A stretch of DNA of 64,000 bases from Marinicella sp. (lineage in GTDB: Bacteria > Pseudomonadota > Gammaproteobacteria > Xanthomonadales > Marinicellaceae): positions 12,886-76,885 of the forward strand of contig JANQRW010000074.1 in the NCBI GenBank assembly GCA_028284365.1. The letters are read 5' to 3'. The notes under the pieces were generated by a model, which saw nothing but the letters and a program-made list of their open reading frames with translations, did no database searches and was not told the origin of the DNA. Every line of letters starts with the position of its first letter. Position 1 is the stretch's first letter. Of this stretch, positions 1 to 9,668 are shown one piece after another. A program made the translations under genes and the position numbers.

Positions 1-1
1 T

Positions 2-127
2 CACGAAGTGGTGGAGCATAAAGGCAGATGGGGTAATATGCATGCAGTTTCATGGAACAAGAAAACCGGTGAAGTAGACGCCGCCAGTGACCCAAGAACC
101 ACAACAGGTTCTGCCATGGTTAAATAG
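2..127 (+). CDS. ggt: gamma-glutamyltransferase, last 41 codons only (gene enters from the left edge)
   Basis: Frame 2 is open from the window edge to TAG at 125-127. Translation HEVVEHKGRWGNMHAVSWNKKTGEVDAASDPRTTTGSAMVK resembles the conserved GGT small-subunit C-terminus (..G..A.SDPR..G.A..). Confidence 0.55.
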   Translation, partial: HEVVEHKGRWGNMHAVSWNKKTGEVDAASDPRTTTGSAMVK

Positions 128-162
128 CTGCTCGTATACCACCTACACATTACTGAAGAAGC

Positions 163-229
163 TGACCATTCATGGGTTGATCTTTGAAATCATTGATTCA
201 AAGTATTGATTCAATCTCATGAATGGTCA
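163..229. terminator. hairpin between convergent genes (12-bp perfect inverted repeat with a nested 7-bp repeat)
   Basis: TGACCATTCATG (163-174) is the exact reverse complement of CATGAATGGTCA (218-229). CTTTGAA/TTCAAAG lies inside. The structure sits between the ggt stop and the stop of the minus-strand ORF. There is no strong U-tract. Confidence 0.35.
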
Positions 230-233
230 AATT

Positions 234-1316
234 CTATTCTTTAACAATTACTTTACCGGTGATTTCTCGCCCAATTCGAATGTAATTTTTTTTGATTCTT
301 TCCGGCATACCGCGAGCCCCAATCGACTGACTAAAGTCAAAACCATTGGGCCAAAAATACCCTAACATACCAATCACTCTGGAATCACTTTTGGCCAACT
401 TGTAATAATTATTAGCCACCACATCCATCTCATCCAGCGTGATATTGCCAAAAGATTCATGAGCCCATTGGATGTAATGACTGTCCATGATAACCATCAT
501 ATTTTGATCAGGGCTTGATAACTTTGACTTAAGCACAGCCCATTCTTGCTGATATGATGTATCAATATTTGGATCTTTGACAAAATAATGGTCAAACCCA
601 ATCCAGTCTGCGCTTTTTGGAATTTTTAACAGATCCAGCACAGGATAAGCCTCAATGATCATGATGGGTATTTTAGGATACTGCTCATCAATTAACTCAG
701 AGACTGAATTCAGTGACGTAAAGTCGATGCCATTCCATGTAGGCTCTTCACACACGTAAAACGCACCAATGTATTCTTTACTCAGCATAGATTCATTGGT
801 GTGAGTAAATTGATTCCATCTTTGTACATAGTCTGGTCTGAGCGCATATTGCGTACCTGATTCACTGTTGCTACCAATAACTTGAAAGAAGAGTTCATTC
901 AAATGCAACACTGCCTTAATTTCTAACTCATGAAACACAGTAAGCCGTTCCAGAATGTTATCGGTAGAATTAACAATTAATATGTCTGCCAAATTGCTGA
1001 AAGCATGCACTTCATCTGCATAGTTTATCTTTGGCACAACATCTGTGGGGTCATCCCAGAATGTATCAATCAGTGTAAAACCAAAATACTTCAGGTGTTT
1101 TGGCCGATAATCATCATATTGATAATCAACTGCATCACCACAGTTTTTTTCTGATACAGACAAATGAGCCGAAGATTCACATCGATCGATGTCATGTACT
1201 GCTTGACTAACTGGTATGTCTGTTCTTTGAGAATTCGGTGCCACACCAGCCATGGCCAGTTGGAAGTGAAACACAAAGACCAGTTTTAAAATCGAGTTAA
1301 CCACGTATTTAATCAT
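234..1316 (-). CDS. secreted hypothetical protein, possibly a TIM-barrel glycosidase-like fold
   Basis: Long ORF. The internal Met at 1316 gives a signal peptide MIKYVVNSILKLVFVFHFQLAMA|G. Motifs FYVCEEPTWNG and IMIIEAYP are reminiscent of the clan GH-A acid/base and nucleophile strands. No family could be assigned by eye. Confidence 0.55.
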   Translation of the reverse strand: MIKYVVNSILKLVFVFHFQLAMAGVAPNSQRTDIPVSQAVHDIDRCESSAHLSVSEKNCGDAVDYQYDDYRPKHLKYFGFTLIDTFWDDPTDVVPKINYADEVHAFSNLADILIVNSTDNILERLTVFHELEIKAVLHLNELFFQVIGSNSESGTQYALRPDYVQRWNQFTHTNESMLSKEYIGAFYVCEEPTWNGIDFTSLNSVSELIDEQYPKIPIMIIEAYPVLDLLKIPKSADWIGFDHYFVKDPNIDTSYQQEWAVLKSKLSSPDQNMMVIMDSHYIQWAHESFGNITLDEMDVVANNYYKLAKSDSRVIGMLGYFWPNGFDFSQSIGARGMPERIKKNYIRIGREITGKVIVKE

Positions 1317-1438
1317 AGATTTACAATGCCATGTAATCAACATTTTAGCAACAAAAACCAAACACCCTCAATGAGCTGGTATTTGTGGCATTAATTAATA
1401 GCATTCCCTATGCGGGCCAAATGAGCTAAGATTGAGCT

Positions 1439-2284
1439 ATGAAATTTTACTCAATTGAAGGTAACCGACAGAAGCTGGATGCTGGCGCTATGTTTGGTAA
1501 TGCTCCCAAAGCGTTGTGGTCACGCTGGGTTGAGGTCGATGAATTAAACCGCATGGAATTGGCTTGTCGAGCTTTGTTGGTGGAGAACTTGAACAGTCAA
1601 AATGTATTATTTGAAACGGGTATTGGTGATTTCTTTGAACCCAAATTAAAACAACGTTTTGGGGTTTATGAAAGCAGTCACGTACTGATTGATTCATTGG
1701 CAGAGGTCGGATTCAAGCCCGAAGACATTGATGTGGTGGTACTAAGTCATTTACATTTTGATCATGCCGGTGGCATGTTGACCTCTTGGCATCCTGAAAA
1801 CAAACCAAAGCTGGTGTTCCCAAAGGCGCAATACCTTGTTGGAAAAAAACATTGGCAAAGGGCCACCCACCCACATCCACGGGATCAAGCTTCTTTTATT
1901 CCGATACTGAACCAGTTACTTGAAGAATCAGGTCGGTTACATTTGGTTGATCGTTTAAAACACCCATTGTTGGGAGATGATGTTAACTTCCTCTTTTCGG
2001 ATGGGCACACTCCTGGTCTGATGCATGCACAGCTTGGAGATTTAGTTTTCGCCAGCGATCTGATTCCTGGCTCAGCCTGGGTTCATGTGCCTATCTCGAT
2101 GGGATATGACCGCTTCCCCGAACAACTAATTGATGAAAAAACTTTTTTCTTAAAACAGGTAATTGATCAAAGTTTACGTCTTTTTTTCACCCACGACCCA
2201 AATATCTGTGTTGCTGGTATTGAACATAAAAACGGTCGCTACTCAATCACTCAACCGATCACAAAATTAACAGAGGAGAAATAA
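1439..2284 (+). CDS. MBL-fold metallo-hydrolase
   Basis: 281-aa ORF with the HxHxDH motif (SHLHFDHAGG) and later His/Asp ligands typical of the metallo-beta-lactamase fold. Confidence 0.8.
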   Translation: MKFYSIEGNRQKLDAGAMFGNAPKALWSRWVEVDELNRMELACRALLVENLNSQNVLFETGIGDFFEPKLKQRFGVYESSHVLIDSLAEVGFKPEDIDVVVLSHLHFDHAGGMLTSWHPENKPKLVFPKAQYLVGKKHWQRATHPHPRDQASFIPILNQLLEESGRLHLVDRLKHPLLGDDVNFLFSDGHTPGLMHAQLGDLVFASDLIPGSAWVHVPISMGYDRFPEQLIDEKTFFLKQVIDQSLRLFFTHDPNICVAGIEHKNGRYSITQPITKLTEEK

Positions 2285-2285
2285 A

Positions 2286-2681
2286 ATGTTAACAATCACT
2301 GGGCTATATGCTTCTATTCTAGGCATCATCATCTTGTGGCTGTGTTTCAAGGTGGTTAAATTTCGCCGCAGCCAACGTGTCGACATTGGCGATGGTGGAG
2401 ATGCCATAGGCATTCGACACATACGCGCCCAACAAAATGCCGTTGAATACGTCCCAATTGCCTTGATTCTATTCGCCGTTTGTGAAATCAACGGTGGTAA
2501 CCCCATTGTTTTGCACGTGCTAGGTATCGCTTTGGTGTTCGCTCGTTTGATACACCCTGGTGGTTTAGTCAATGGTAAAGGAGCAACTTTTGGACGTTTC
2601 TGGGGCACCGCCATTACCTGGTTAGTCATCGTCTTTTTGGCTGGTTATAACATAGGCCGTTACATAGGAACTTTCCTTTGA
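2286..2681 (+). CDS. MAPEG-family inner membrane protein (YecN-like)
   Basis: 131 aa, three to four hydrophobic helices, RVDIGDGGD...IRAQQNAVEYVP pattern as in YecN/MAPEG. It starts 2 nt after the upstream stop. Confidence 0.7.
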   Translation: MLTITGLYASILGIIILWLCFKVVKFRRSQRVDIGDGGDAIGIRHIRAQQNAVEYVPIALILFAVCEINGGNPIVLHVLGIALVFARLIHPGGLVNGKGATFGRFWGTAITWLVIVFLAGYNIGRYIGTFL

Positions 2682-3673
2682 GTAAACTGATACAACTGCT
2701 GCCAAAGGCAGAATTGCACATGCACATCGAAGGCAGCCTGGAACCCGAGTTGATGTTCAAATTAGCTAAACGCAATGGCATTGAATTACCATTTGCTTCG
2801 GTTGATGATTTAAGAGCCAAATACAATTTCAACAACCTTCAAGAGTTTTTGGATATTTATTACCAAGGCTGTGGTGTTTTGCAAACTGAGCAGGACTTTT
2901 ACGACTTGGCTTGGGCTTACTTGCTAAAAGCCAAAGACGATCATGTGGTGCACACTGAAATCTTTTTCGATCCACAATCACATACCGATCGAGGTGTTGA
3001 TTTCGATACCGTGATCAATGGCTTATATCGTGCATTTGATGAAGCCCAAAACCAATTAGGTATTAGTTTTCACATCATTGCTTGTTTCTTACGTCACCTG
3101 CCTGAACAAGATGCCTTAGATTTGTACCCTAAAATCCAACAACACCGAGATAAAATTCTGGGCATTGGCCTCGACTCATCTGAACTGGGCCACCCGCCGC
3201 AAAAATATCAAAAGGTTTTCGCCCAAGCCCAAAAAGATGGCTTCAAATTGGTGGCACATGCGGGTGAAGAAGGCCCTGCCGAATATGTTCGTGAAGCCAT
3301 TGAGTTATTAGGTGTTGATCGCATCGATCATGGTAATCGTTGTTTGGATGATGAGTTGTTGACAGCCAGAATTGCTAAAGCAGAATTGGCATTAACCGTT
3401 TGTCCTTTATCAAATTTAAAACTAAAGGTGGTTAAAGATTTAAAAGACCATCCCATTAAGACCATGCTAAATAAAGGCCTGATGGCAACCATCAACTCAG
3501 ATGATCCAGCTTATTTTGGAGGCTACATCAACGATAATTTTTATCAGTTGGCTGAAGCTGTTGGGTTGTCAGATAATGATATTTTTATTTTAATTGAGAA
3601 TTCATTCAAAGCCAGTTTTTTGCCTGAAAGCATCAAACAAATTCATCTTAAGGCTTTACATTCATTTAGCTAA
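2678..3673 (+). CDS. add: adenosine/adenine deaminase family protein (adenine-deaminase-like HxHxEG type)
   Basis: LPKAELHMHIEGSL N-terminal metal motif, HAGE (VAHAGEEG) and SDDPAYFG C-terminal motif. The TTG start overlaps the upstream TGA (TTGA). Confidence 0.85.
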   Translation: MSKLIQLLPKAELHMHIEGSLEPELMFKLAKRNGIELPFASVDDLRAKYNFNNLQEFLDIYYQGCGVLQTEQDFYDLAWAYLLKAKDDHVVHTEIFFDPQSHTDRGVDFDTVINGLYRAFDEAQNQLGISFHIIACFLRHLPEQDALDLYPKIQQHRDKILGIGLDSSELGHPPQKYQKVFAQAQKDGFKLVAHAGEEGPAEYVREAIELLGVDRIDHGNRCLDDELLTARIAKAELALTVCPLSNLKLKVVKDLKDHPIKTMLNKGLMATINSDDPAYFGGYINDNFYQLAEAVGLSDNDIFILIENSFKASFLPESIKQIHLKALHSFS

Positions 3674-3684
3674 TGAGACTAAAA

Positions 3685-5850
3685 TTAAAGCATAGCAAGC
3701 AAAGAATCACGCTGTTCTGACACCGTTTTCTCGTATGCTGCTGTCAATGCTCGTGATTCTGGTATGTCATCAAATGGTTCAAACATAGGCAAGTGACTAC
3801 CTCTCCAGAAACCTTGAAACTCACCACGCTCAAATTGTTTTTGAAATATTTTGCCAGCTGCCATGTAATCACCTTCAACAACCAATATAACAGCCTTTTT
3901 AAATTCATTGTTGTGCTCAGGATACTCGGCCAAAAACTGTTTCAACTGGGTTAACAGGCGACTTGCTTTCAAATCCTCTCCAACCTGTTGCCACATCCAA
4001 ATCAGATTGATTGTAGCGTCAAAATTGTAATAACTTACCTCAAACAAATCATCGTTTTTACCAGGATGTAAAGCCAACAACACATCAATCGCGGGTTGAT
4101 AGTTTCGCAACAACATCTGATAAAATGCCCAATTACCAGGGTAACTTTTATTGTTTGGATATTCTTTCATCTTTAATGCAAATTGATCTGCTGCACTTTG
4201 ATAGTCTGATTCATACATGTTTAAGTTGGCTCTGGTATATACCAATCCTTCGAAATCAGGCGCTGAATCGGCCACTTGTTGAATCTGTTCTTTGGCCTTG
4301 TCAATCAAACCAATGTCGACATATAAATTTGCTAAATTAAGGCGCCTACCCCAATTACCCGGGTCAATTTCTACCGATTGGTGCATCCACTTAATGGCCT
4401 CATCCAATTGTCCCATTTGGGCATAAACATTCGATTTTCCACTTGCTCCACCTGAGTAATCAGGAACCAGTTCAATGATTCTATCAAATTGTTTGAGTGC
4501 TTCATTTGTTTGTTTTGCACGCAATAACTGGTAACCAATATTGGTCTGTATCACTGGCGACAACGGGTCGAGTTCGGCAGCTTTGCGGTACAACATCAAC
4601 GCTTTACTTTGGTCACCCATGCTGTCTGCCAACAAACCATACCAATGATAAGTGGTGGCATAATTTGGATTGAGCTTAATGGCATATTCAAAGCGATTCA
4701 TGGCTGCTTCGTATTGTTTCTTTTCATGCAGAAAATTAGCCTTGCTTGTATGCGCTTCTGCCAACGTGGGGTCTAACGATAAAGCCATCTCAATAATCGG
4801 TTCTGCTTTGGCGAACATTTCCTCTTGGCTCAGATCAGCATATTCATTCAACAAGCTCCAGGCATCTGCCTGACCTACATATGCCAACGCATATTGTGGA
4901 TCTAAATCAGTGGCTTTTTCAAATAAGCTCAGTGCTTCGCGCAATGAATCGCTGTTTCGAATCAACAGCCGTTGGCGTCCTGCCAGATATGCATTGTATG
5001 CATCGAGACTCGAAGTTTGTTGTTTGTTTAAAGAGATCATCTCAGCATCTGTCAGCTGCGCCTCCAACGCCATCACAATGTGCTCTGAAATTTCACTCTG
5101 TATCTGAAAAATATTACTGGCAGTTAACTCACGGTTGAAAGTTTCTGCCCATATGGGTTTTTCGGTATCGGCTTTAACCAACTGAACATTGAAGCGAATG
5201 GATTGGCCAGAACGCTGCACACCACCTTCCAAGACATGTGACACACCCAATTCTTGTGCTGTTTCGCGGATGCTTTTTGGTGCTTCTTTGTATTTCAACA
5301 CAGATGTTCTGGAAATGACTTTCAATGCCGAAATCCTGGACAAATGCGTAATTAAATCATCATGCAGGCCCACAGTAAAAGGTTCATTATCAACCGATTG
5401 AGCGATGTTTACAAAAGGCAACACAGCAATGGATTGTTCATCCACACTTATCCCGGCTTTAGAATGTACAGGTACCACTTCTGTAGAATCATCAGCTACA
5501 GGTTTATCATCACGCCAATGCTGCCATAAACTCATGGCACCAACCAATACCAAAACAAACATGGTGATGTAATCAAGCTTCTTGGCTTTTTGCCTGTCCT
5601 GGTACTCATCTGCAACAACATCCTTATCACGCTTGATGCCATCAGGTGTCATTTCGAATGCCCAGGCGAACAGTATGGTTGGGATCAGCCCCAGTAACAC
5701 CAAAGCCATCAATAAGCGATTGGCACTGGCATCCACTTCAAGGGCTTCAAAAACCACATCTCCAACCTGTAACAACAACCAGGCAATAACCACATAAGCA
5801 GCAGTCACTCGGAATACATTGCGACGTTTTAGTTCAGCGAATAGACTCAT
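3685..5850 (-). CDS. membrane-anchored TPR-repeat protein
   Basis: 721 aa. The N-terminus MSLFAELKRRNVFRV followed by two hydrophobic helices is common in TPR/cyclase-type membrane proteins. The C-terminal half has many TPR-like A..Y..A...P repeats. Confidence 0.7.
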   Translation of the reverse strand: MSLFAELKRRNVFRVTAAYVVIAWLLLQVGDVVFEALEVDASANRLLMALVLLGLIPTILFAWAFEMTPDGIKRDKDVVADEYQDRQKAKKLDYITMFVLVLVGAMSLWQHWRDDKPVADDSTEVVPVHSKAGISVDEQSIAVLPFVNIAQSVDNEPFTVGLHDDLITHLSRISALKVISRTSVLKYKEAPKSIRETAQELGVSHVLEGGVQRSGQSIRFNVQLVKADTEKPIWAETFNRELTASNIFQIQSEISEHIVMALEAQLTDAEMISLNKQQTSSLDAYNAYLAGRQRLLIRNSDSLREALSLFEKATDLDPQYALAYVGQADAWSLLNEYADLSQEEMFAKAEPIIEMALSLDPTLAEAHTSKANFLHEKKQYEAAMNRFEYAIKLNPNYATTYHWYGLLADSMGDQSKALMLYRKAAELDPLSPVIQTNIGYQLLRAKQTNEALKQFDRIIELVPDYSGGASGKSNVYAQMGQLDEAIKWMHQSVEIDPGNWGRRLNLANLYVDIGLIDKAKEQIQQVADSAPDFEGLVYTRANLNMYESDYQSAADQFALKMKEYPNNKSYPGNWAFYQMLLRNYQPAIDVLLALHPGKNDDLFEVSYYNFDATINLIWMWQQVGEDLKASRLLTQLKQFLAEYPEHNNEFKKAVILVVEGDYMAAGKIFQKQFERGEFQGFWRGSHLPMFEPFDDIPESRALTAAYEKTVSEQRDSLLAML

Positions 5851-6135
5851 GCGATTATTGTATGCGGATTAACACACCAGAATCAATCGCGGTTTACCAT
5901 GAAAATTCATTGCAGGAGCTTGACATGCGATTTTAACTAAAAGGTTCAAAAGCATCCTTTTTTTATATACCCATAAACTAAATCTAATCAGATTCCCGCC
6001 TACGCACACTACCGCCCGGTAAAAAATGACCATACTCGTTTCGAAGCTAAATACTACTGTGTTTGTTAATGTATTTCACAAGTTAAGACTTAAAACAGCA
6101 ATGATTTAGCAGTAACGGTGGGTAATAGCCTAACC

Positions 6136-6323
6136 TCGTCGTCCTCGGACTTGATCCGGGGACCCATTTTCAGATGATAGTAAAAAATGAGACTCATTAA
6201 ATCACTGTAAACACAAGAGTGTGGGTTTATCAGTTCCACCTTAGTCAGCATACAAGCTGATATTTCCTGGCTTGTTTTAAAGCTGTTTACAATGGATCTC
6301 CGAATCAAGTTCGAAGATGACGA
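6136..6323. mobile_element. MITE-like element, copy A (about 188 bp, about 33-bp imperfect terminal inverted arms)
   Basis: Left arm TCGTCGTCCTCGGACTTGATCCGGGGACCC (6136-6165). Reverse complement of the right arm (6294-6323): TCGTCATCTTCGAACTTGATTCGGAGATCC. The left arm is about 85% identical to the arm at 20720-20757. Confidence 0.6.
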
Positions 6324-6458
6324 TAGGCAAGATAAACTTTATACAAGACAATGATGCGCCTACGGGAGAATGACACTTCCTGTACAAATCATGACTTATT
6401 TAGATAGCACGTATCTATAACCTCACTGTGGCACAGGCCGATATGGCATAACTTCCTA

Positions 6459-8558
6459 TTAACTTTTTACCAGTTGTGATAAGTCAGCTATCGAGTTGGT
6501 TAAACGACTTAACTGAGCCAATTGCAACAATCGATTGCCCCTGATATCAGGGTCATCATCATTAACCATCACATGTTCAAAATATTGATCTAAGGGTTCT
6601 GCTAAAGTCGCCAATAATTCATAACCTCTGACATACTCATGCTCTGTTACAAGTTGTTCAAACTTAGGTTTAATTTGTTCTAATTCAACGTACAATATTT
6701 TTTCTTCATCTGCACGAAATAAACTTTCATTTATTGATTCTGGAATATCAAAGTTATCCCCTAAAGATTTGGTTAGTATATTTCTTGCTCGCTTATTCGC
6801 TTCAACCAAAGATTTAGCATAATCTTGTTTTTTAAAATTCGAGGTGGCTTGTATTCTCTGGTCAAAATCGAACATAGAAATTTCAGACATCATGGCCTGG
6901 ACAGATAGAATCACATCTGAAGGGACACCCTCTCCCTTATATTTATATTTAACTCTATCTTCAAGAAACTCCATGTAACTTTCTTCAAATGTATTGGCAC
7001 CTTCTGAACCAAGTTTATCTAAAGTTAAACCATGGGTTTTGAGTGATTCTTCAATCAAATCAGCAACATCAAATGAAGCTTTAGAATCAATTAAGTTTGA
7101 AATCACGCCCAAAACAGCTCGTCTTAGGCCATAAGGATCTTTTGATCCTGTAGGTTTTTTCCCCGCTTTCATAATGCCACAATAAGTATCAATTTTATCT
7201 GCAATAGAAAGTGCGATTCCCAAGGTGTTTTCTGGAGCCTCATCTCCTACAAATTTTGGTAAATACTGATCTCTTATCGCTTTCCAAACCTCTTCTGACT
7301 TACCCTGTTCTTTGGCATAATAACCTCCCATCAGTCCTTGTAGATCAGGGAACTCATCAACCATATCGGACATTAAGTCACATTTCATTAGCTTAGCAGC
7401 TTCCATGCCTTTATTCTTATCAAATTTGAGCTTTGGCGCCATCCAGCGCATCAGTTTAGCCACACGTTCAGACTTGTCCATATATGAGCCTAATGATGTT
7501 TCAAACACCATTTTTTCCAACAGTGGAATATTCTCTTCAAGGGCTCTGGCTTTATCCTTCTCCCAAAAGAATCTGGCATCCGCCAAACGGGGTGTGATGA
7601 CTTTTTCGAAACCTTTTTTCACCGCCGCAGGATTACTTGAATCTATGTTCGCCAAAGCCACAAAGTAAGGCATCAAATCACCATTTTTTGACTCAAGGGA
7701 AAAATACTTCTGGTGTTTTTCCATTGATGAGATCAGCGCCTCTTTAGGCACAGCGAGAAAATCTTTGCTGAATTCACCCAAGACAGCAGATGGTTTTTCA
7801 ACGATGCTGGAAACCTCTGACAATAAACTTGAGCTTATTTGTGCCACCCCATGCACTGAAGCTGCCGCTGCCTGGACTTGTGCTTTGATCAACTTTTCGC
7901 GCTCAACTTGGTCAACCATGATCTGTGCAGCTTGTAGGGCGTCCACATAATCATTGGCATGAGTAATGGTGATGTGTTGGTTGTGGTGAAAACGGTGGCC
8001 TAAACTTTGATTACCGGTGCTCAGGCCAAACATGTCCATTGGAATCACTTCGCTGTCTTTGAGCAGCACCATCCAATGTACCGGACGGATGAAGCTGTAG
8101 TCATTACTGCCCCAGCGCATCGGTTTAGGTATGGGTAATTGCTTGATCGACTTGTTTATCATTTCAGGCAACACAACCTCGATGTTCTGCCCTTTTTCCA
8201 ATACCGTGTATGCCAAATACTCGCCTTTACTGGTATTAATTCGACCAAGTTCACTGACATCTACTCCGACCGATCGCGCAAACCCCATAGCCGCTGGTTT
8301 GGCATTGCCATCCTCATCAAAAGCCGCTGCCACAGCCGGACCACGTTTTTCAATGCTTTTATCAGCCAGTTGTTCAGTGATGTTACATAACTGAAATGCC
8401 AAGCGACGCGGTGACGCAAACCACCTGGAATCATCATCGTATTTAAACCCTTCTGTTTGTAATTGTTTTGTTACACCCGTAAACAATGCTTCAGCCAAAC
8501 TGTATAGGGATTTTGGTGGTAATTCTTCACAACCCAACTCAAATAAAATATCAGTCAT
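6459..8558 (-). CDS. glyS: glycine--tRNA ligase beta subunit
   Basis: 699-aa ORF. N-terminus MTDILFELGCEELPPK and the overall pattern are typical of GlyS. It lies directly downstream of glyQ. Confidence 0.95.
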   Translation of the reverse strand: MTDILFELGCEELPPKSLYSLAEALFTGVTKQLQTEGFKYDDDSRWFASPRRLAFQLCNITEQLADKSIEKRGPAVAAAFDEDGNAKPAAMGFARSVGVDVSELGRINTSKGEYLAYTVLEKGQNIEVVLPEMINKSIKQLPIPKPMRWGSNDYSFIRPVHWMVLLKDSEVIPMDMFGLSTGNQSLGHRFHHNQHITITHANDYVDALQAAQIMVDQVEREKLIKAQVQAAAASVHGVAQISSSLLSEVSSIVEKPSAVLGEFSKDFLAVPKEALISSMEKHQKYFSLESKNGDLMPYFVALANIDSSNPAAVKKGFEKVITPRLADARFFWEKDKARALEENIPLLEKMVFETSLGSYMDKSERVAKLMRWMAPKLKFDKNKGMEAAKLMKCDLMSDMVDEFPDLQGLMGGYYAKEQGKSEEVWKAIRDQYLPKFVGDEAPENTLGIALSIADKIDTYCGIMKAGKKPTGSKDPYGLRRAVLGVISNLIDSKASFDVADLIEESLKTHGLTLDKLGSEGANTFEESYMEFLEDRVKYKYKGEGVPSDVILSVQAMMSEISMFDFDQRIQATSNFKKQDYAKSLVEANKRARNILTKSLGDNFDIPESINESLFRADEEKILYVELEQIKPKFEQLVTEHEYVRGYELLATLAEPLDQYFEHVMVNDDDPDIRGNRLLQLAQLSRLTNSIADLSQLVKS

Positions 8559-8560
8559 GG

Positions 8561-9484
8561 TTACTTGCCCTCCTGTTTCGCAGCCACTTTACAACCAGGG
8601 AACCCCAAGACTTCACGAGATTGGTAGTACATTTGCGCCACCTGTTTTGACATGTTGCGCACTTTTAAGATGAATTGTTGGCGCTCAGTCACACTGATGG
8701 CTTTTCTGGCGTCTAACAGGTTGAACAAATGTGACGCTTTTAAGGCTTTCTCGTAGGCCGGTAAAGGCAATTCTTTTTCAATCAATTCCAGACAGGCCTT
8801 TTCAGCTTCATTAAAATGATCAAACAAAGTCGGCACATCAGCGTGTTCAAAGTTGTACGCCGACTGCTCAACTTCGTTTTGGTGGTAAACATCACCATAG
8901 GTGACTGTACCATTGGGCGTTTCGGCCCAAATCAAATCATAAATACTGTCTTTGTTTTGTAAATACATGGCCAAGCGTTCCAAACCATAAGTGATTTCGC
9001 CCATCACCGGCTTACACGCCAACCCGCCAACTTGTTGAAAGTAAGTGAACTGGGTGACTTCCATACCATTGAGCCACACTTCCCAACCCAAACCCCAGGC
9101 ACCCAAAGTAGGTGATTCCCAGTTGTCCTCTAAAAACCTGACATCATGCTCCAAAGTATCAATACCAATCGCTTCAAGTGATTTCAAGTACAATTCTTGT
9201 ATCTCATTGGGTGAGGGCTTTAACACCACTTGAAACTGATAATAATGTTGCAGCCTATTAGGGTTTTCACCATAACGACCATCAGTTGGTCTACGACAAG
9301 GTTGTACATAAGCGCTGTTCCAAGGCTCAGGACCAATAGAACGCAAAAAAGTGGCGGGGTGGAATGTGCCCGCACCAACTTCTAAGTCCAAAGGTTGAAT
9401 AATCACACAACCGTGAGCAGCCCAAAACTCTTGCAACTTAAGTATCAGTTCCTGAAAAGTCAGAAATTCGTGGTTATTGTCCAT
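8561..9484 (-). CDS. glyQ: glycine--tRNA ligase alpha subunit
   Basis: Conserved [15 protein letters not shown]...QP.D.EVGAGT. The start was moved to the ATG at 9484 ([12 protein letters not shown]...) because the 27 upstream codons do not look like GlyQ. Confidence 0.93.
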   Translation of the reverse strand: MDNNHEFLTFQELILKLQEFWAAHGCVIIQPLDLEVGAGTFHPATFLRSIGPEPWNSAYVQPCRRPTDGRYGENPNRLQHYYQFQVVLKPSPNEIQELYLKSLEAIGIDTLEHDVRFLEDNWESPTLGAWGLGWEVWLNGMEVTQFTYFQQVGGLACKPVMGEITYGLERLAMYLQNKDSIYDLIWAETPNGTVTYGDVYHQNEVEQSAYNFEHADVPTLFDHFNEAEKACLELIEKELPLPAYEKALKASHLFNLLDARKAISVTERQQFILKVRNMSKQVAQMYYQSREVLGFPGCKVAAKQEGK

Positions 9485-9668
9485 GTCAATATCAAGGATT
9501 AAACAAAACCCTGCATTATACTTTGGGCAATTGGAGTTGTGAGCTTGAATAATTAAAAAACACAAATAAATAGGTAATAGTGTGACAATTCACCCCTTTT
9601 TTTCGCTGTGGTTATAAGTGAACGTTTGTGGTTTGGATATGTGCTGAGTTATTTCTCAGCACACATCA

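Noticed and set aside
6090-6308. 72-aa ORF in the TPR/glyS spacer
   Set aside because: It lies almost wholly inside the MITE-like element and is a translation of the repeat arm and core. It has no RBS and no coding-like composition.
9485-9668. Regulatory RNA (T-box or glycine riboswitch) in the glyQS leader, and the hairpin GTGCTGAG..CTCAGCAC at about 9633-9656
   Set aside because: No T-box or glycine-riboswitch core sequences were recognisable. The hairpin lacks a U-tract on either strand and may simply mark the 3' end of the methyltransferase pseudogene.
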